From: Candidatus Moraniibacteriota bacterium | GTDB lineage: Bacteria; Patescibacteriota; Minisyncoccia; Moranbacterales; GCA-2747515 | NCBI GenBank assembly: GCA_040772365.1 | Contig: JAXGYI010000001.1 | Location: forward strand, 5,416 to 69,415 | Length of the DNA stretch: 64,000 nucleotides | Direction: 5' to 3' | In this document: positions 59,263-64,000 of the stretch, in pieces | Position numbering within the stretch: the stretch's first letter is position 1 | Layout of the letters: every line of letters begins with the position of its first letter | Made by a program: the position numbers and the translations under genes | The notes under the pieces: generated by a model | Database searches by the model: none | Told to the model about the DNA's origin: nothing | What the model saw: only the letters and a program-made list of their open reading frames with translations

Positions 59263-59919
59263 ATGAAAAAAAGGTATATAGGGAAAATCAAATTAAATGG
59301 TAAAACATTTATAAACCTAATTTGTAATAGCAAAGGAGACTATATATTTTCCTTTCCAAAATCTAGTGATATTTTAGATGAAGGGGGCTATTTCAGATCA
59401 CATCTTACACTGCACATACAAAACAATCGATTAACATGGAAGGTTACAGACTTTGGAAATTCTACAAAAGATTTTAGCGATGTACTTGGTGTTGCCGACA
59501 AGGAGGGTTTTTATGTATCTCGAAATCAGGGATTATTGAATGACATTGATCTTTTAAAAGGAGAAAGATATTTAGATTTAGAAGATCCCACACATGTTGG
59601 GAAGGTTATTACTTTTGCTGAGAGAAATATACATAAAAAGGGAAGTGGATTAGATTTTTTTTCTGACCCCAAGAATGATGAAAAAAAATTTTCTGAAATT
59701 ATTAATCTTCAGATACCAAAAAAAATTTCTGCTGTAGAGTTAAATATATATGCTGCAAAGAATATAAAATATAATCTAAATCGTATCTATAACATGCGTC
59801 AATCTAATTGGAAGTCAGGCTGTTTTATTCAAGATAATACTAAAAACGCAAAGTATACTTTTGTTGTAATAGTTGAGGATTCCGTATTTAATCCTATTGG
59901 AGGTTATAATTTCTGTTAA
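59263..59919 (+). CDS. low-GC hypothetical protein
   Basis: SD TAAGGAGGTG before ATG 59263. Confidence 0.75.
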   Translation: MKKRYIGKIKLNGKTFINLICNSKGDYIFSFPKSSDILDEGGYFRSHLTLHIQNNRLTWKVTDFGNSTKDFSDVLGVADKEGFYVSRNQGLLNDIDLLKGERYLDLEDPTHVGKVITFAERNIHKKGSGLDFFSDPKNDEKKFSEIINLQIPKKISAVELNIYAAKNIKYNLNRIYNMRQSNWKSGCFIQDNTKNAKYTFVVIVEDSVFNPIGGYNFC

Positions 59920-60173
59920 TTAGTGCCAAAGTCCTTCGATCCATTGTTTTTTGTAGTCATATCTTTTTTGAATGACATGTGTAAACAAAATAAGAAAAAT
60001 CGTGAAAAACGGTGAAAAAAGTTGGTCAATTCACGACTTTCTTGCAAAAATCGTGAAAGTAGTGTGAAATAGGGGAAAGAAGCAGAGTGCTTTTTGGATG
60101 AGGGCGCGCGAAAAATTGGCACGTGCGGTGATCTTGTCACGCTTAACTAATCAATACATCACAGTAGCATCAC

Positions 60174-61337
60174 ATGAAAACAACATTACGCACCGACATT
60201 ACGGTGAGAGAACTTTGCGATGGATTTGTGTACAACGAATTAGAAGGTAAGGGGCTTTTTGGTTTGTCGGGGAAATTAACGATCCAGCCGGAATACCAAC
60301 GTAACTATATCTATGCCGACGGCAAGAAGGATGTGGCAGTGATTGAGTCAATTTTAAAGGGTTATCCTTTGGGCTTAATTTATTTTAACAAGGTAGAAGA
60401 GGACACATTTGAGGTATTGGATGGGCAGCAGCGGATCACGAGCATCGGACGCTACGTAACAGGAAAATTTGCAGTAAAAGATGAAAGTGGGATGGAGCAG
60501 TTTTTTCATGGCTTAGCAGCGGATAAACAGAAGAAAATTTTGGAGACGACCTTATTAATTTATGAGTGCGAGGGAGAAGAGAGTGAAATTAAAGATTGGT
60601 TTAAAACCATTAATATTGTGGGTGTGGCGTTGAATGAGCAAGAGAAGTTGAATGCGATTTATTCTGGACCGTTTGTGACACTAGGCAAGGAGGAGTTTAG
60701 CAATTCGCAAAATGCCAATGTGCAGAAGTGGAGTGCCTATGTTTCCGGCAGTGTGAATCGGCAGGATTTTTGGGAGCGGGCGCTTTCGTGGGTGAGTCGG
60801 GGAGATGTTGATAGCTACATGAGCCGGCATCGGTATGATGACAACATTACAGAGGTGAAGACGTATTTTACCAGTGTAATTGATTGGGTATCCGGTGTGT
60901 TTGTGGATGTGACAAAGGACATGCGCGGGTTGGAGTGGGGGCGCCTATACGAAGCCTATCATGAGACTGCATATGATCCGTCGGAGGTAGCGGCGCATGT
61001 GCAGCGATTGTATGCAGATCCCTATATCAAAAACTATAAAGGTATTTTTGAGTATATTCTGGGTGGCTTGACGGATACAAAACTATTGCATGTGCGGGTG
61101 TTTGATGAGGCAACAAAAAGATCTGTCTATGCTGCGCAGACGGCAGAAGCAAAGAAGTTGGGCAAGTCCAATTGTCCGCTATGCGCCATTGGGCATGATG
61201 CCAACAACATCAAAATATGGAACAGTACTGACATGGATGCTGATCATGTGACGGCATGGAGTAAGGGCGGTGCGACGGACGCGGCAAATTGCCAGATGTT
61301 GTGCAAAACACACAATCGCGCAAAAGGTAATCGCTAG
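60174..61337 (+). CDS. DUF262 (GmrS-like) + HNH endonuclease
   Basis: [21 protein letters not shown]; C-terminal CPLC..DADH..GG.T..NCQMLC..HN. Confidence 0.9.
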   Translation: MKTTLRTDITVRELCDGFVYNELEGKGLFGLSGKLTIQPEYQRNYIYADGKKDVAVIESILKGYPLGLIYFNKVEEDTFEVLDGQQRITSIGRYVTGKFAVKDESGMEQFFHGLAADKQKKILETTLLIYECEGEESEIKDWFKTINIVGVALNEQEKLNAIYSGPFVTLGKEEFSNSQNANVQKWSAYVSGSVNRQDFWERALSWVSRGDVDSYMSRHRYDDNITEVKTYFTSVIDWVSGVFVDVTKDMRGLEWGRLYEAYHETAYDPSEVAAHVQRLYADPYIKNYKGIFEYILGGLTDTKLLHVRVFDEATKRSVYAAQTAEAKKLGKSNCPLCAIGHDANNIKIWNSTDMDADHVTAWSKGGATDAANCQMLCKTHNRAKGNR

Positions 61338-61477
61338 GTGCGTGTTTTATGGCATGATGTGTGAAACATTGTACTGATCGTACATTGATTTTTTGTGTGC
61401 ACTATGCTATAATAGATGTGTAGAAGTCAATACTAAGGTTCGTAAAACGGGTGCAGAGCTCGTTTTTGTGTATTTCT

Positions 61478-62122
61478 ATGGCACGTAAAAAGACCCAACA
61501 ATCAAAGAATAAGTGGTATGCTGTCCGATTTGTGCGTTCGCCACAGGATGGTATTGCTGTAGTTTTTGCGGTGGTGTGTAATATTGTAGTTTTTGGATCA
61601 CTTGGCATGTTGTACTACACGCAAAAAGACATTGCGCTGTCTATGGAGCATGTTGATCATTCTATCGCCGTGATACAGAAGATGTATGATCCAAAATTTA
61701 TACAGGCGCGCAATCTTGCAATTGAGCTCTATGGTTATCCGATGATGCATATGGTCCCGTACTTAGTACGCGAAGATCCCCAAGTGGTGGCATTTTTGGT
61801 AGCGATTGCCAAGAAAGAAAGCGCGTGGGGCAAGCGGGCGCCGGTACTGAACGGCGATGATTGCTATAATTACTGGGGATTTCGGCAAGTACGTACGCGC
61901 ATGGGTACTGGGGGACATACATGCTTTGATGGTCCGCAGGATGCTGTAAGTACGGTTGCTGCGCGCGTGCAGGATCTTATTGCCAAACAATACGATACGC
62001 CACAGAAAATGGTTGTGGTGTGGAAGTGTGGTTTTTCATGTCAGGGGCATACGGAGGCAAGTGTGCGGAAGTGGGTTTCTGATGTGAACTATTACTATAC
62101 GCGCATGTACCATCATTTTTAG
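61478..62122 (+). CDS. membrane-anchored protein, possible lysozyme-like fold
   Basis: TM helix; AIAKKESAWG and YNYWG resemble lysozyme-superfamily motifs; promoter TTGATT-17-TATAAT at 61385-61413. Confidence 0.65.
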   Translation: MARKKTQQSKNKWYAVRFVRSPQDGIAVVFAVVCNIVVFGSLGMLYYTQKDIALSMEHVDHSIAVIQKMYDPKFIQARNLAIELYGYPMMHMVPYLVREDPQVVAFLVAIAKKESAWGKRAPVLNGDDCYNYWGFRQVRTRMGTGGHTCFDGPQDAVSTVAARVQDLIAKQYDTPQKMVVVWKCGFSCQGHTEASVRKWVSDVNYYYTRMYHHF

Positions 62123-62161
62123 CAGTCCTTCTCAATCGTCCTTGCGGTGATGCAGGGTATT

Positions 62162-63286
62162 TTAGAATTGGTCACACGGTGGTGCGATCTCACCGCTGCC
62201 ATTATTGGCAAAGGTGAGGTCTGATGTGGTGATGACGGATGCAAAAAATGGTCGTGGTGTACGCGGAAATTTGGCATGACGTGCACAGCGGATACCATAG
62301 GTGGCATTATTGGTGATGGTGAGATTGTTGAGCGTTACCTTGCCTGTGCCAACAGATGTGAGGAATGCCAAGCCATTTTTTCCATTTTCGGAAAATGTGC
62401 TGTTTTCTACGGTGAGATCTGTGTCATAAATTTCTGTCTCCAAGCCACTTTCGCCATTGTTGCGCGCTATGGTGTTTGTGACGACAGTCTTGGTATGCGG
62501 ATGGAGATCAATACCTTCTTCACCGTTTTTTTCTACAAGACATGCATGTATTTTGACGATGCCGTCGCGTAAATAGAGGCCTTGTTTGGCATTGTGGACG
62601 ATGTGACTCTGTGTGATGGTGAGGGATGTAGCGTGATCTTGTGGAATGATATTGATCATGGACGCATCACGATCGTGTGGTTGAAATACGTCATACCGTT
62701 CTGCCTCGTGGTTGTTTTCTGTGTCTTGTGCACGGTCTTTTTTGCTGCCCATGAGCACGCCGTATTCCAATGCACTGGAAATGACGGCGCGGGTGATGTG
62801 CGTGTGCGTGCCATAGGGTATGACCACTGCGTCACGTCCGCCTTTTATATGAACATTGATAACGGCGGTATTGTGCGCTGTTGTGAGGGGGAAGCGCAGA
62901 AGCGCTGGATCGTCGGTGATGGTAACGGATGGCATACCATCTTCTGTGACGCCGACGCCATACAGGACAATACCGTCTTGCAGTGTCACACATTCTTTAT
63001 AGAGGCCCGGCGCTACGATGATCGTTGTGGGTCCATGTGCCGCTGCAACGGCGTCGGAGATTGTGTGGAAAGGATTGTGTAGAGAGCCAGTTTTTTCGTC
63101 GTAAGGGGGCGGCATGGAGCTTATGGGATCGTTGCGGTCAACAAACAGGACGCCTGGTGTGGGTTGTGCCAACAGACGCGGCGTGTAGCGCATGTCAACA
63201 AACACCATGAAGCCAAAACCGCACGTGGCGCCAATGATGAGGTACAGTGTGATACGCGCCAAAAACCATATGCGTGTGGAGGCCAT
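62162..63286 (-). CDS. right-handed parallel beta-helix protein
   Basis: NPFHTISDA, VAPGLYKE, repeated N-G-x-x-G-hydrophobic coils. Confidence 0.85.
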   Translation of the reverse strand: MASTRIWFLARITLYLIIGATCGFGFMVFVDMRYTPRLLAQPTPGVLFVDRNDPISSMPPPYDEKTGSLHNPFHTISDAVAAAHGPTTIIVAPGLYKECVTLQDGIVLYGVGVTEDGMPSVTITDDPALLRFPLTTAHNTAVINVHIKGGRDAVVIPYGTHTHITRAVISSALEYGVLMGSKKDRAQDTENNHEAERYDVFQPHDRDASMINIIPQDHATSLTITQSHIVHNAKQGLYLRDGIVKIHACLVEKNGEEGIDLHPHTKTVVTNTIARNNGESGLETEIYDTDLTVENSTFSENGKNGLAFLTSVGTGKVTLNNLTITNNATYGIRCARHAKFPRTPRPFFASVITTSDLTFANNGSGEIAPPCDQF

Positions 63287-63499
63287 AGAGTGCTGTTGTT
63301 ATAAGTTTCACACATACACTATACATACACAATGGGTTTTTGTCACGGTGTCTTTGGTATAAATACAGACGTGCCATGCTGTATGCAGGACATCTGTACA
63401 TGCGATGCGGTGTGTCATGCTGCACGTGCTTTTACAACTCTATCATGACTTACAGAAATCTCTTGCAAAAATCCTCTTTTCATAGTAGGATTGCCGTGT

Positions 63500-63844
63500 A
63501 TGAACTTTTCACGAGAACACGACAAGATTATTCCGCAGAAGTGTCCTGTGTGTGGCGCGGGACGCGATGTGTTATCGTACGTGCCAATTGGACATGATGG
63601 GGATAAGACAGTTGTGCACATCACGTGTGCAAAGTGTGCTGGTGCAGCAATGGTGCTGGTATCACATAGCGATATGGGCGTGATGACAGTTGGTGTGCTG
63701 ACAGATACGACGGCTCATGAGGCGCGAAAGTTTCTTAATGAAAAAATTGTATCGGATAATGATGTGATCGCCGTGCATCAGTACCTGAATCATTATGACG
63801 GCGCAATGAGTGAAATGTTTAATGCATCAGCGACAAATCGTTAG
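63500..63844 (+). CDS. zinc-ribbon hypothetical protein
   Basis: CPVC...CAKC. Confidence 0.75.
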   Translation: MNFSREHDKIIPQKCPVCGAGRDVLSYVPIGHDGDKTVVHITCAKCAGAAMVLVSHSDMGVMTVGVLTDTTAHEARKFLNEKIVSDNDVIAVHQYLNHYDGAMSEMFNASATNR

Positions 63845-63871
63845 TATAGTTAGTAATTTGTGATGAGAGCT

Positions 63872-64000
63872 ATGGAAAAAATTGTATTAAAGGTAAAAAA
63901 ACGCAGTGAAACAGGCAAGGCAGCGCGACGGGCTGCTAACGGACGTATTCCTGCCGTTCTCTACGGCAATAATGTGTCTACGCAAAATATTTGGGTAGAT
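63872..64000 (+). CDS. rplY: 50S ribosomal protein L25 (partial, runs off the right edge)
   Basis: Manual translation MEKIVLKVKKRSETGKAARRAANGRIPAVLYG. Confidence 0.88.
   Translation, partial: MEKIVLKVKKRSETGKAARRAANGRIPAVLYGNNVSTQNIWVD

Noticed and set aside
58769-60173. Integron cassettes
   Set aside because: No RYYYAAC...GTTRRRY attC structure recognised after either cargo gene and no IntI
142-63624. Many short overlapping ORFs in the six-frame track (e.g. 19043-19636, 21628-22155, 36710-37258, 55180-55797)
   Set aside because: Antisense or alternate-frame shadows of well-supported genes or tRNAs, with no independent motifs

Overview
Chromosomal segment of a reduced-genome bacterium, most consistent with Patescibacteria/CPR (Parcubacteria-like). 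This is inferred from the chromosomal PrgI/VirB4-like/VirB6-like genes, housekeeping genes with AT-rich leaders and no Shine-Dalgarno, and the lack of biosynthetic operons; genetic code 11. The window appears origin-proximal: a DnaA-box cluster at 5.1-5.4 kb coincides with an apparent C-rich to G-rich skew switch, a second DnaA-box triplet lies at 9.9 kb, and seven parS palindromes lie at 18.4-19.1 kb, yet dnaA, dnaN and parAB are not in the window. It encodes nine tRNAs, housekeeping genes (rplS, rpsO, pnp, rbfA, ftsH, tilS, gmk, rpsA, rsmA, pcrA, a Xer-type recombinase, gyrA, fba, tgt, partial rplY), a split class III ribonucleotide reductase, several cell-wall enzymes, and an EcoRI-family methyltransferase/DUF262-HNH defence locus with two cargo genes. 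The most unusual signals are several promoter-to-terminator units without a credible protein gene: a heavily base-paired ~570-nt RNA candidate at 9.2-9.7 kb and tandem structured RNAs with Shine-Dalgarno-driven 3- and 8-codon mini-ORFs at 50.1-50.8 kb. All calls are by eye; no database searches or folding programs were run.
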